DNA from: Nanobdellota archaeon
GTDB taxonomy: Archaea > Nanobdellota > Nanobdellia > Woesearchaeales > SKGA01
Assembly (NCBI GenBank): GCA_051819805.1
Contig: JBNJHD010000004.1
Coordinates: forward strand, 1-55,760
Length of the DNA stretch: 55,760 nt
Reading direction: 5' to 3'
In this document: piece by piece, positions 19,595-29,368 of the stretch
Layout: every line of letters starts with the position of its first letter
Position numbering within the stretch: position 1 is the first letter of the stretch
The notes under the pieces: model-generated
The model's input: only the letters and a program-made list of their open reading frames with translations
Database searches by the model: none
Told to the model about the DNA's origin: nothing
Program-made: the position numbers and the translations under genes

Positions 19595-19948
19595 TCATTT
19601 CACAGGAAGGAACTCTTCAACAACATCCATGATTTTTTTCAGGTTCTCCTTCGTGACCGTCAAGTTGAAGCCACTGAGAAGCACCTTGAGTTGTTCCTGT
19701 GATTGCGGCATCAGATCAACAATCTTGAGAATCTGATGATCCTTGAGCCGTGGAACATCGAGTTCGTGCATTTTTTTCACGAGCTCTTTGGTCTTGGTCT
19801 TTGACAAAGTAGCTACATCGTTGACATAGTCTTCAGTCTTTCCTGCACGGAACGACAGTTCACCATCTCGTTCATGGATTTTCTTGATGATGTCTTTGAC
19901 TTCCGCGATCGAGACCGGCTGTTTGTCAATAATATTCGGCTTTGCCAT
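19595..19948 (-). CDS. rpoF: RNA polymerase subunit F (Rpo4)
   Basis: VSIAEVK.I, ELSFRA.KT.DY, KIVDLMP; located between rpl21e and DUF655. Confidence 0.85.
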   Translation of the reverse strand: MAKPNIIDKQPVSIAEVKDIIKKIHERDGELSFRAGKTEDYVNDVATLSKTKTKELVKKMHELDVPRLKDHQILKIVDLMPQSQEQLKVLLSGFNLTVTKENLKKIMDVVEEFLPVK

Positions 19949-19994
19949 GTGGAACAACCCTGTTAGTTTTAGTAGTTTTGATAAAAATGAAAAC

Positions 19995-20294
19995 TCAAAC
20001 TTTTGCGAGCTTAGAAAGATGCACTGGGTGGATAATCAAGTTCTTTTCTTTGTTGAAATCTTTGATCTTGACCTCGTAGCATCGTCCGACTTGCTTGCCT
20101 ACAACTCCTACTTTTCCGTGGAAGCGAGGGAAGTACATTCCTTGTTGATAGGATGCATCAGCTCCAAGGATAACTTTTTCTCCATTCTCAAAGGTCTGGA
20201 AGTATTTCCTCTGACTAAGCTTACCTCTACTTCGGACGTTCTTTCGGAACTTGTAGCGTGTCTTTCTCCTGAAACCACCTACTCTGTCTACCAT
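19995..20294 (-). CDS. rpl21e: 50S ribosomal protein eL21
   Basis: GFRRKTR.KF, GM..PRFHGKVG.V, IIHPVHL. Confidence 0.95.
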   Translation of the reverse strand: MVDRVGGFRRKTRYKFRKNVRSRGKLSQRKYFQTFENGEKVILGADASYQQGMYFPRFHGKVGVVGKQVGRCYEVKIKDFNKEKNLIIHPVHLSKLAKV

Positions 20295-20416
20295 AAGCGC
20301 CAAGGAATGACAGACCATTTATAAAAGTTGCTGTTGGTATTCACTTGGGAAAAAAGAGAAACAATGAAAAATCAAGCCGTCAAGTTTTTAAAAGATGCCG
20401 TGGCTACATTGGTTCC

Positions 20417-21703
20417 ATGGCAGATTTCGATCCGAAGAGTGTTCTCAAGCGCATCAAACCTTCACACGACGAAGAGCAGCGTATCAGCGACGCGATCGCT
20501 CGCATGAAAGAGCTCATTGAAAGCAAAGCACGAGAAGAGAACTATGATGTTGAAGTCGTAGCTGGTGGCAGTACTGCCAAAGGCACCTTTCTCAGAGGAG
20601 ATTTCGATATAGATATGTTTGTCAGGTTCAGAAATGAATCTGAAGATATCTCTCAGGATCTTGAATTCCTCCTCTCATCAATCTCTCAGGACGAAGGTTT
20701 TGTTCTCGAGCGTATCCATGGTTCCCGTGATTATTTCAATTTCGTCTACAACGAATATTTTTTCGAGATCATTCCTGTCAAGTACATCCGAAGCATTGAT
20801 GAAGCGAAAAACGTCACTGACATGTCACCCCTTCACGTTTTCTGGGCAGATAAGAAACTCAGTCAAGAACTCAAAGATGATATTCGTCTGGCAAAGCAGT
20901 TCTGTAAAGCATGTACTGTCTATGGTGCTGAGAGTTATATCAATGGTCTTTCAGGTCATGTTCTTGATATTCTCACCATCCATTATGGTGGTTTCAAAGA
21001 GCTTCTTGAAGCAGCATCCCAATGGGGTGAAAAGGAGATTATCGACCCTAATAAGGCCCACGATAATCCGCTTACAGCACTCAACAAAGCCAAGCAAGTC
21101 TCGCCGCTCATCGTCATCGATCCGGTGGATCCATATCGTAATGCTGCTGCTGCTCTTTCTCAAGAGAAATATCTCTTGTTCAAGAAGAAAGCGAAACAAT
21201 ATCACGAATATCCTTCAGAAAGTTTTTTCATCATTCCAGAATTAGATAAGGAGAAACTCAAGAAGCAACGAAAGAAAGGAGAAGCATTGTTCATCATCAC
21301 AGTCAAGCCACAAGTGGGCAAGAAAGACATAGTGGGAACAAAAGTGCTTAAAGTCTACGAATTCATCAAACGGCACTTGCGCCTTCATGACTTCAAGCTC
21401 AGGCACTCGACGTGGTGGTTTGATAAGAAAGAATCACATCTGGTCTTTTTTATCGATAACACTACTCTTTCTGAAACAGTTCTCCGACAAGGACCTCCTA
21501 TCAACAAGAAGATTCCTGCCAGAAGGTTCCGTGAAGTCCACGAGGAAGTTATTGAGAAAGACGACCGATTATATGCTGAAGTTCCTCGACAATTCACAAC
21601 ACCATACGATTGCATCTCTCATCTCCTTAACCAACCATATGTTTCAGAACGAGTCACCGACTACGAAATTGAGAAGCATAAAGATAATAACATCAAGAAG
21701 TGA
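20417..21703 (+). CDS. cca: Archaeal class I CCA-adding enzyme
   Basis: GSTAKGTFLRGDFDIDMF, YGAE...GLSG, DPVDPYRNAAAA, GPP. Confidence 0.93.
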   Translation: MADFDPKSVLKRIKPSHDEEQRISDAIARMKELIESKAREENYDVEVVAGGSTAKGTFLRGDFDIDMFVRFRNESEDISQDLEFLLSSISQDEGFVLERIHGSRDYFNFVYNEYFFEIIPVKYIRSIDEAKNVTDMSPLHVFWADKKLSQELKDDIRLAKQFCKACTVYGAESYINGLSGHVLDILTIHYGGFKELLEAASQWGEKEIIDPNKAHDNPLTALNKAKQVSPLIVIDPVDPYRNAAAALSQEKYLLFKKKAKQYHEYPSESFFIIPELDKEKLKKQRKKGEALFIITVKPQVGKKDIVGTKVLKVYEFIKRHLRLHDFKLRHSTWWFDKKESHLVFFIDNTTLSETVLRQGPPINKKIPARRFREVHEEVIEKDDRLYAEVPRQFTTPYDCISHLLNQPYVSERVTDYEIEKHKDNNIKK

Positions 21704-21720
21704 CCAACGCACAATACCGA

Positions 21721-22023
21721 TCAATCTTCCAGTTGCGCTTCCAGTTTCTTGAGAACATTATCAAGACCTATAAAAAGGTTGAACTCCACATCATCAGAAT
21801 TGTAGATTTTTCCATTGATATCGAGTTTTGATTTTATTTCGTATTTAGAAGGCTCTTCAGTCGTCTGGTGTATCGGTTTGAGAGTTACTGTAAGATTCTG
21901 CATATTCTTCCTTTCTGAAAATCGTCGTGCATAATTACCTACAACCTTCTTGACAACAACAAATTCTGCATAACCAAGATCCTTGAATCCAACCAACGTG
22001 ATGTTTCCGCCTAATTCTATCAT
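21721..22023 (-). CDS. Hypothetical protein, HPF/RaiA-like fold suspected
   Basis: beta-alpha-beta-beta-beta-alpha pattern ending NLFIGLDNVLKKLEAQL, similar to the D.Y.AID....KLE.QL helix of HPF. Confidence 0.6.
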   Translation of the reverse strand: MIELGGNITLVGFKDLGYAEFVVVKKVVGNYARRFSERKNMQNLTVTLKPIHQTTEEPSKYEIKSKLDINGKIYNSDDVEFNLFIGLDNVLKKLEAQLED

Positions 22024-22208
22024 GATATCCCACTCACTGCAAGCATACACTCAAACAACTACTATGATGATTATGATGAATGAACTTTTTAAATGTTACT
22101 ACAATCATTTATAAAACAACTATTATAGTAAGAAAAAATATGATGCATCAGCATCAACAAGCCACCACAGGATTTATAAATGAACTTTGATTCTCAAAAG
22201 CCATTCAA

Positions 22209-22251
22209 CCGTTCCTGAATGTGGGCGTTGGCTTGCCTGAACGGGAAACGG
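22209..22251 (+). promoter_or_regulatory. Candidate structured 5' leader of rpl15e
   Basis: TTTATAAA box at ~22173; stem CCGTTCCTG/CGGGAAACGG enclosing GGGC/GCCT, with two CTGAA motifs. Confidence 0.55.
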
Positions 22252-22279
22252 AACATAGAATAATGGAGGCCAAAGTACA

Positions 22280-22852
22280 ATGGGAATGTATAAGTATATC
22301 AGGGAAACCTGGAAGAAACCTAAAGAAGGATTGAAAGAAGAGCGTTCTAAACGCTTGTTTGAATATCGACGACAGCCAACCACCCTTCGTATTCATCGAC
22401 CAACACGTCTTGATAGGGCAAGATCGCTCGGTTACAAGGCAAAATCAGGATTTATCGTTGTTCGCCAGCGTGTTCTTCGTGGTGGTCACATGAGAGAAAA
22501 GTTCAAAGGTGGTCGCCGTCCTAAGGCATATGGTCGGAAGAAAGTTGTCGGAAAATCATACCAGCAGATTGCTGAAGAGCGTGTAGCTCGACAGTTCACT
22601 AACTGCGAAGTTCTTAATTCGTATGATCTCTTGAAAGATGGTAAGTATTACTGGTTTGAAGTTATCCTTGTTGATCGGACGAATCCAAGTATCCTCAATG
22701 ATAAGAACATCAACTGGATTTCTTTGGAGAAGAACCGTGTATTCCGTGGAAAGACCAGTGCTGGTAAGAAAAGCCGCGGTCTGAGAAACAAAGGCATAGG
22801 TGCTGAAAAAGTACGTCCTTCTCAGAAGAGCAACAAGAACAGGCTTCACTAG
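22280..22852 (+). CDS. rpl15e: 50S ribosomal protein eL15
   Basis: [40 protein letters not shown]. Confidence 0.97.
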   Translation: MGMYKYIRETWKKPKEGLKEERSKRLFEYRRQPTTLRIHRPTRLDRARSLGYKAKSGFIVVRQRVLRGGHMREKFKGGRRPKAYGRKKVVGKSYQQIAEERVARQFTNCEVLNSYDLLKDGKYYWFEVILVDRTNPSILNDKNINWISLEKNRVFRGKTSAGKKSRGLRNKGIGAEKVRPSQKSNKNRLH

Positions 22853-23000
22853 AAAGCCATTTTTTCTTTCTCTTTTTTTCACATATGATTCTATGAGTAT
22901 CAGTAGGTATTGACCCAGATGATTGGTTTTTAGTATACCATAAGAATACAAGATATTTCTTTGAAAACATTTAAAAGCTTTACAACTACACACCACGAGC

Positions 23001-23633
23001 ATGGTGAGTGGAAAGCGAGTCAGCAGGAAAAAATCTAATTCTCAAACTCCTAAACAAAAGTCTCGATTTCATCGTTGGGTCTCTGAAGCAGGTCTTGGCT
23101 TGTGGATAATGATTCTCATCCTCATCATCTTCGGTTTTCTTTACATCTTTGATATTGAGCAATTAGCAAAAAACATGGTTCTCCAATACGGAATTGTAGG
23201 AGTATTTATTTTCGCTATCATCACAGACCTTCTCGTTCTTCCTGTCGGAGCAGATGTTCCTCTCATTCTAGCTCTCTTCATTCCCGATCTCAACAATGTC
23301 ATAGCACTAGTCCTTGTTTTTTGCGCATCTTATATCGCATTGACCATAGCGTATTTCATAGGTCGTACTGCAGGTCTTGAGGGTCTTGAGCTTCTCCTCT
23401 CTAAAAAAGTAATGCGTAAAATCACGAAAATCCGCAAATACAAGAAATACGAGCGTTGGGGAATGTTCATCACAACACTTAGTCCATTACCATATGTTCC
23501 TTACCTTGCAGGAGTCTTTGAATTTTCGTTCATGGATGTCGTTAAGTACATCGCTCTCCCGAGAACACTTAGATATCTGATTGTTTTCACCTTGACCTTA
23601 ACGCTCGGCTCGAAAATTCTTAGTTTCATCTAG
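23001..23633 (+). CDS. DedA/VTT (SNARE-associated) family membrane protein
   Basis: Several TM helices; LPVGAD, AYFIGR, SPLPY...AGV, RTLRY. Confidence 0.7.
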   Translation: MVSGKRVSRKKSNSQTPKQKSRFHRWVSEAGLGLWIMILILIIFGFLYIFDIEQLAKNMVLQYGIVGVFIFAIITDLLVLPVGADVPLILALFIPDLNNVIALVLVFCASYIALTIAYFIGRTAGLEGLELLLSKKVMRKITKIRKYKKYERWGMFITTLSPLPYVPYLAGVFEFSFMDVVKYIALPRTLRYLIVFTLTLTLGSKILSFI

Positions 23634-24198
23634 ACAGAGAATCTTGCCGTGAAAATTCGTAGCTGATAAGCGGTGTTTGTCCGATCCAGACAGTTCTTCC
23701 TTTCTTGACACCTTCTGGCAGGAAGACTCCTTGATACACATACAGCGTTCCTGAGAATTCATTCTTTAGTTTTTCGATAAACATAGGTGTAAAAAAGTGG
23801 TCAGCGTAAGAGAACAGCACTGTCGCTTTCGAATAATCATAGTGTTCATAATCGCTTGCAATGAACTCAGCTTCGAATCCTGTCTTCAAGGATGCAAGTT
23901 TACTCTCATGTACTAGCTCTTCATCGTATTCTATCCCTATCGCTTTACAGAAAAGACTCGCAATCATTGTCACTCGACCATCTCCACTTCCAAGATCGAT
24001 AAACACATCCTGTTCGAACAGACCTATCTTGTTAAAAAAATCAAATACTGTCTTCACATCGCTCACGCCGAAGATTCCTTTCGGTGTATCGTGGACTAGC
24101 GACCCTTTTTCAGAGAGTTTTCTCTTGTCAAGTGTCTCATAATAGTCTCGTATCACATGGAATCCTAGTTCATAGTCTTGACTTGAAATCATTGTCAA
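23626..24198 (-). CDS. Class I SAM-dependent methyltransferase
   Basis: FIDLGSGDGR motif I, GIEYD motif II. Confidence 0.85.
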   Translation of the reverse strand: MTMISSQDYELGFHVIRDYYETLDKRKLSEKGSLVHDTPKGIFGVSDVKTVFDFFNKIGLFEQDVFIDLGSGDGRVTMIASLFCKAIGIEYDEELVHESKLASLKTGFEAEFIASDYEHYDYSKATVLFSYADHFFTPMFIEKLKNEFSGTLYVYQGVFLPEGVKKGRTVWIGQTPLISYEFSRQDSLSR

Positions 24199-24254
24199 TC
24201 TCTCGAGAACAAGTTAGGTTTTATTAATATGTAGGGAACAAAATAAAAAAATAA

Positions 24255-24608
24255 TCAGTTAAGATTCGGACTTCCGAAATACACATTTTCAGGAGCAGGA
24301 ATATTTTTTACTGACGTGAGGTATTGTGCGATTGCAGATTCTTCACGGACAGGGATTTTCTGAAGAAGATATTCTTTTTGTCCTGAATCATGATCTGATT
24401 TTTCTGAATTGATGAATCCTCTAACGATAGCAGCCTTTTGCTTGTTCACAGACACTTCAGTCACATAAATTCGTTGACCGTTATAGTCGAGACCGCCTTC
24501 AGCAGTTAATGAAACTTGCTCAGGAACCCCTTCTATGAGTTCATAGAAGTAATCAAATTCTTTTTCTTTATAGCTATAAATTGTTTCTTCAACGCCCATA
24601 TCAACCAC
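24255..24608 (-). CDS. Hypothetical protein
   Basis: 117-aa ORF, no recognisable motif. Confidence 0.6.
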   Translation of the reverse strand: MVDMGVEETIYSYKEKEFDYFYELIEGVPEQVSLTAEGGLDYNGQRIYVTEVSVNKQKAAIVRGFINSEKSDHDSGQKEYLLQKIPVREESAIAQYLTSVKNIPAPENVYFGSPNLN

Positions 24609-24700
24609 CGATTGAATTGATGTCTTTTTCTAGTGAGAACTTCTTTTTAATGATTGCGATACTATAGTCAACAACAGAAGTCTTTTGTACTCTCACATAC

Positions 24701-24874
24701 ATGGTGTTTGCAGGGTCGTCTCTATCGCCACGTGGCGATAGCCAGACTGACAATCAACCGGTTCGAACGAGCTAAAAAAAAGCTAAATTGTTAGTCGCAC
24801 CTGATTAGCTGCTGTGAATGGATGGGATTGTACGATTGTATACGTTACTGTTATCAGCAACCACCATACAATCG
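24701..24874. ncRNA. Candidate structured non-coding element
   Basis: Nested helices: ATGGTGTTTGC/GCAACCACCAT, CTATCGCCACGTGGCGATAG palindrome, GACTGACAAT/ATTGTTAGTC, CGATTGTAT/ATACAATCG. Confidence 0.4.
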
Positions 24875-24929
24875 AGATCCGAACAGTAGCGACAACCTTT
24901 AAAAACAACAAGGTATTGGTAACAGTAGA

Positions 24930-25361
24930 ATGGCATCGTCAAGACCTTCTTGGAAGAGTTCCTTTCGCAAAGCGAGTACAGGATTCACGAAGTCACTTCC
25001 CATCATCATCGGCGTTATCTTTCTTATCGGACTTTTTCAGACTCTCATCACAAAGCAGATGATTCTCTCTGTTTTTTCAGGAAGCGAGCTGACTAATATC
25101 CTCATAGGAAGCTTGTCAGGAAGCGTTCTTGCAGGAAATCCTATCACGAGTTATGTCATCGGTGGTGAGCTCCAGAATCAAGGAGTAGGACTTCTTGCCA
25201 TCACTGCATTCCTTGTCTCATGGACGACTGTCGGTCTCGTTCAGTTCCCTGCTGAAAGCAAGATCCTTGGCAAGCGCTTTGCGACATATCGTAACATCTC
25301 ATCATTTATTCTTTCATTCATTGTCGCTCTGGTGACTGTGTTGGTGGTGGGATTGTTATGA
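24930..25361 (+). CDS. Predicted permease (DUF318/ArsP-like half)
   Basis: 4 TM helices; GSVLAGNPITSY..GG.L, SWTTVG.VQ.PAE...LG..FA..RN. Confidence 0.8.
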   Translation: MASSRPSWKSSFRKASTGFTKSLPIIIGVIFLIGLFQTLITKQMILSVFSGSELTNILIGSLSGSVLAGNPITSYVIGGELQNQGVGLLAITAFLVSWTTVGLVQFPAESKILGKRFATYRNISSFILSFIVALVTVLVVGLL

Positions 25362-25879
25362 AACAGCAACAGAAGAACCAATCTTGGAAGCCTTGGATAT
25401 TCCCTCTTTCAGTCATCATGGTCTATGGCATCATCAGCTTGTTCAACAGTAAGCTCATCACATCCAGTCTTAGCAAGACAGGCACAATCTTCTGGAACTT
25501 GCTTCCTGCATTTATCCTCGTCATCATCCTCATGGGAGTGACAAACAAGTTCCTCGATCAGAAACGTCTGGCAAGGATTCTCGGTCGCCATTCAGGAGTA
25601 AAAGGAACTCTTGTTGCTATCGGAGCAGGCATCATCTCTTCAGGAGCTATTTATATGTGGTATCCATGGCTTGCTGATTTGCAACAGAAAGGAGCTTCGT
25701 GGAGTCATATCAGTATGTTCCTCTATAACCGTGCTGTCAAGATTCCCTTATTGCCAGTCATGATATCATATTTCGGCACTGTATTCGTTATCGTTCTCAT
25801 GGTCGTGATGATTGCAGCTTCCATCCTGCAAGGTCATATTATTGAAGCGATTCTTGCCAAGGAGACATCCTCACAATGA
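25358..25879 (+). CDS. Predicted permease (DUF318/ArsP-like half)
   Basis: LG..SG.KG, GIISSG.IYMWYP.L..L..KG, FLYNRAVKIP; ATGA overlap with upstream gene. Confidence 0.8.
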   Translation: MKQQQKNQSWKPWIFPLSVIMVYGIISLFNSKLITSSLSKTGTIFWNLLPAFILVIILMGVTNKFLDQKRLARILGRHSGVKGTLVAIGAGIISSGAIYMWYPWLADLQQKGASWSHISMFLYNRAVKIPLLPVMISYFGTVFVIVLMVVMIAASILQGHIIEAILAKETSSQ

Positions 25880-26322
25880 AATTCAAGCTCATTTGCTTCG
25901 GCAAAGTCAAGGATAAGCATGTCAAATCCCTTATTGACGAGTATGAACGCAGATTAGTTCATCACAACATCCGCTATTCCGTTATCGAATGGAGTGATAG
26001 CGATCTGAAAAAGCAGCAGGAACGCATCAAATCCTATGTCAACACACATCCTGAAAAAACCTTTTTCTTGCTTGATGAGTATGGCATGACACTAACTACC
26101 ACAGGATTCGCTGACAAGCTCGAAAACGAAAAAAAATCTGATCGTGATGTCGTGTTCATCCTCGGTGACGCCCACGGTTTTGATGAGAGTTTCAAGAAGG
26201 ATTTTTCCGGCCGTTTATCGCTCTCTCCCATGACCTTTCCTCACGAGCTTGCTCGACTTCTGTTAACTGAGCAAGTATACCGCGTAGTGACCTTGTGGAA
26301 CCGCATCCCATATCATAAGTGA
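25876..26322 (+). CDS. rlmH: 23S rRNA m3-pseudouridine1915 methyltransferase (SPOUT)
   Basis: GKVK, LDEYG, FILGDAHGF, LSLSPMTFPHELARLLLTEQVYR, PYHK. Confidence 0.92.
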   Translation: MKFKLICFGKVKDKHVKSLIDEYERRLVHHNIRYSVIEWSDSDLKKQQERIKSYVNTHPEKTFFLLDEYGMTLTTTGFADKLENEKKSDRDVVFILGDAHGFDESFKKDFSGRLSLSPMTFPHELARLLLTEQVYRVVTLWNRIPYHK

Positions 26323-26325
26323 GAA

Positions 26326-27705
26326 TTATTTTTTCATCGCCAACTTGAATCGTGTCAGCGAAATGTCTCGTTCCTGCGTGTGGTTAACAACGGGTTTAGG
26401 ATAACCATCCACAGTCGTATTCTCGATGTCATGGATCTGTTTCGGAGTGAGATCGCTAAGTTCTGGAAGCCATTTCGTTATATATTCTGTATGCTTGTCA
26501 AATCGCACTTGCTGTCGCCACGGATTGAAAATGCGAAAATATGGTTGTGCGTCACAGCCAGTGCTTGCCGCCCATTGCCAACTGCCGTTATTGACTGCCG
26601 GATCGTAATCGACAAGGTGCTTTGCGAAGAACTTTTCCCCCCACCTCCAGTCGATGTGCAGGTCTTTTGTCAGGAAACTCGAAACGATCATACGAACACG
26701 GTTGTGCATATAGCCCGTTGTCACTAGTTCTCTCATACCAGCGTCAACTATAGGAAATCCTGTCATTCCGTTGCACCATGTTTTGAAAAGTTCCACATCA
26801 TTATTCCACAGCCCATTCTCGTCGACTTCTTTGAATGTCTCGCCCATGACATGCGGGAAGTGATACGTTATTGTCGTGAAGAAGTCTCTCCAGTAGAGTT
26901 GCCTGACTAGTGGATGCTCATTGCCGAATGCTTTGCTGATCGCACGATAGCTCTCCCTGATGGAGATGTTTCCGAACTTGTGATGCGCAGACAATTTTGT
27001 TGTCGCATCTAGTGCTGGAAAGTCACGCTCCATGTCATACTCGTTGTATCGTTTGATATTCTTGAGCATCTCAAGCGCTTCTGTCCGTCCTCCATTGACA
27101 GCCAAGTCTTCATTTTTTGTCGTGAACAGTTGCGATATGATATCGTTCAACTGGTTCATGCCTTTGACTGTATAAAAGCGAGCATCAACTGGAAACGGTC
27201 GTGGTTTTCTGACGGGAAACAGCTTTGCGTTCCTGAAAAAAGGAGTGAAAACAGTGTATGGTGTTCCGTCTTGTTTCAAGGTCTGTTCTGATGGTTGGAG
27301 AAGATGATCGTCCACGATATGGCATTCGATCCCGTGCTTCTCGCACAGTCTGCAGAGCTGTTCCTCACGTTGTTTGGCGAATGGAGTGTAATCCTTGTTC
27401 ATGAAGAGCGCATCCGCGCCACTTCGTTCTATCAGTTCCGCGATGGTTTTTTCCGGCGTGTCATACGCTACATTCAGCCATGCTCCCTGATCATGTAATC
27501 TCCTGTCAAGATCTTCAAGCGATGTTATCATGAACTGGAACGCATTACTGCTGAAGTACTCGTGACCACCAGCTTGTTTCGGGTTGAAGATGAAAAGTGG
27601 AATAACTGACTTTGATTCCCTTAATGCTTTGAGAAGTCCTGAGTTATCATCAAGCCGAAGATCTCGTGTGAATAAGAAAATACTAACATCGTATCGTGCA
27701 ACCAT
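26326..27705 (-). CDS. phrB: Deoxyribodipyrimidine photolyase (class I CPD/cryptochrome family)
   Basis: RDLRLDDN, YTVFTPF, QLYWRDF, GMTGFPIVDAGMREL, HNRVRM, DYDPAVNNGSWQW, YFRIFNP. Confidence 0.93.
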   Translation of the reverse strand: MVARYDVSIFLFTRDLRLDDNSGLLKALRESKSVIPLFIFNPKQAGGHEYFSSNAFQFMITSLEDLDRRLHDQGAWLNVAYDTPEKTIAELIERSGADALFMNKDYTPFAKQREEQLCRLCEKHGIECHIVDDHLLQPSEQTLKQDGTPYTVFTPFFRNAKLFPVRKPRPFPVDARFYTVKGMNQLNDIISQLFTTKNEDLAVNGGRTEALEMLKNIKRYNEYDMERDFPALDATTKLSAHHKFGNISIRESYRAISKAFGNEHPLVRQLYWRDFFTTITYHFPHVMGETFKEVDENGLWNNDVELFKTWCNGMTGFPIVDAGMRELVTTGYMHNRVRMIVSSFLTKDLHIDWRWGEKFFAKHLVDYDPAVNNGSWQWAASTGCDAQPYFRIFNPWRQQVRFDKHTEYITKWLPELSDLTPKQIHDIENTTVDGYPKPVVNHTQERDISLTRFKLAMKK

Positions 27706-27779
27706 GAGTTAGTCAACATTTCAGATATTTATAAAATCTCTGTAACAAAAGAAAAGAAAGAAAAGAAGTATTACAGGAC

Positions 27780-29195
27780 TCAATCTCTTTGTTGCATGTT
27801 CTCAGCAGTGCTGACCTCAATGAATGAAGCTCCATGATTAAGTCCGAAACTGCCCGCTAGAATGACTATCAGATCCTTATTCTCAAAACAGCCTTGTTCG
27901 ACAAGTTTAGGAATCGCTCGTTTGAGAAAATCGCTAACTCCATTCGCTCCTGAGAGAAAATCTGCATACACTCCGTAGGAAAGCGAGAGTTGTCGCATGA
28001 CATTATTATCGTAGCAATAAGCGAACACAGGTTTCTTTCCGCGGTATGTCGCTAAGTATCGAGCAGTCCGTCCACTCATCGTGTCGATGACAATCGCTTT
28101 GACAGGTAGTTTGAGTGTTGCCCTTATTGCAGCTTTAGCGAGGTATGCTGAAATCTCATTGTTGATCTTTCGTGCGGCAATATCATTTATAGGTTCTATT
28201 TGCGCTTCAACTTGAGTTGCGATACGTGACATCGTCTTGACCGCTTCAACAGGATATTTTCCATACGCAGTCTCTCCGCTGAGCATAATAGCATCTGTAC
28301 CATCATAGATCGCATTTGCCACATCACTGACTTCCGCTCTTGTCGCTCGTGGATGATCTATCATCGAGTGCATCATCTGTGTTGCTATAATGACTGGTCG
28401 TCGTCTTGCGAGACATTTCTCGACAAGTTTTTTTTGGATTCCGGGGATTTTTGCTGCTTCTATCTCTACTCCGAGATCTCCTCGTGCCACCATCACACCA
28501 TACGCGTGATCAAGTATTTCATCGATATTGTCAACCCCCTGCTTGTTCTCTATTTTTGCGATGATCTTGATGGGACTCTCATGCTTATCAAGGATTTCCT
28601 GAACAGCCAATACATCCTCTTTCGTCCTGACAAATGAGTGTGCGATGAAGTCAATTTCATTGTTGACCGCGAACTTGATATACTCCTTATCTTTTTGCGT
28701 GAGAGAAGGTAAGGATAGATTCGCTTCTGGAACATTGACACTTTTTCTCTTCTTGATAACACCACTGTTATCTACTCTGCACACTAGATAATCATCTTTT
28801 TTGTCCTTGACAGTCAGTTGCATCTCTCCATCATCAATAAGGATGCGATTACCTATTGAAACATCATGGCAGAAATTTTCGTGTGACATGCAAATACACT
28901 CTTGAGAACACACAGTGTCAAATCCTCCCTTGACCTTGATTTCCTGTCCTTCTGTGACTTCGATCGGTTGATCGCAACTTGTCGTCCTTATTTCAGGGCC
29001 CTTCGTATCAAGGAGTATTCCGATACGATCGGAAACCTTCTTTACATCATCAATGACTTTTCTCGTCTGCTCGTGATTCTGGTGTGCCGTGTTGAGTCTG
29101 ACGACATCCATGCCATTGTTGTGAAGTTCTGTGATAAATTCAGGGTCACAATTGAGATCAGATATTGTCGCTACTATTTTTGTTTTCTTTACCAT
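27780..29195 (-). CDS. pyk: Pyruvate kinase
   Basis: KTKIVAT, DTKGPEIRT, IAKIEN, VARGDLGVE, ATQM, MLSGETA. Confidence 0.97.
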   Translation of the reverse strand: MVKKTKIVATISDLNCDPEFITELHNNGMDVVRLNTAHQNHEQTRKVIDDVKKVSDRIGILLDTKGPEIRTTSCDQPIEVTEGQEIKVKGGFDTVCSQECICMSHENFCHDVSIGNRILIDDGEMQLTVKDKKDDYLVCRVDNSGVIKKRKSVNVPEANLSLPSLTQKDKEYIKFAVNNEIDFIAHSFVRTKEDVLAVQEILDKHESPIKIIAKIENKQGVDNIDEILDHAYGVMVARGDLGVEIEAAKIPGIQKKLVEKCLARRRPVIIATQMMHSMIDHPRATRAEVSDVANAIYDGTDAIMLSGETAYGKYPVEAVKTMSRIATQVEAQIEPINDIAARKINNEISAYLAKAAIRATLKLPVKAIVIDTMSGRTARYLATYRGKKPVFAYCYDNNVMRQLSLSYGVYADFLSGANGVSDFLKRAIPKLVEQGCFENKDLIVILAGSFGLNHGASFIEVSTAENMQQRD

Positions 29196-29368
29196 TGGGC
29201 AACTCAGAGTTCATATTCTTTTTATAAATTGAACGGTGAGTATAAGAGAACTATCCTATCATCAAAAACTATAAAAACAGGAAGCGTTCTCGCAAAGCGC
29301 TCGGTCAATACATTGACTTGCAGCAATAGATGGTGAATAGTGATGGTTGTAGAAGCAGTTGGAAGCGA

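Noticed and set aside
24661-24900. SRP RNA, RNase P RNA or tRNA
   Set aside because: No SRP helix 8 motif, no RNase P CR-I/CR-V pair in order, and no cloverleaf despite the GTTCGAA motif.
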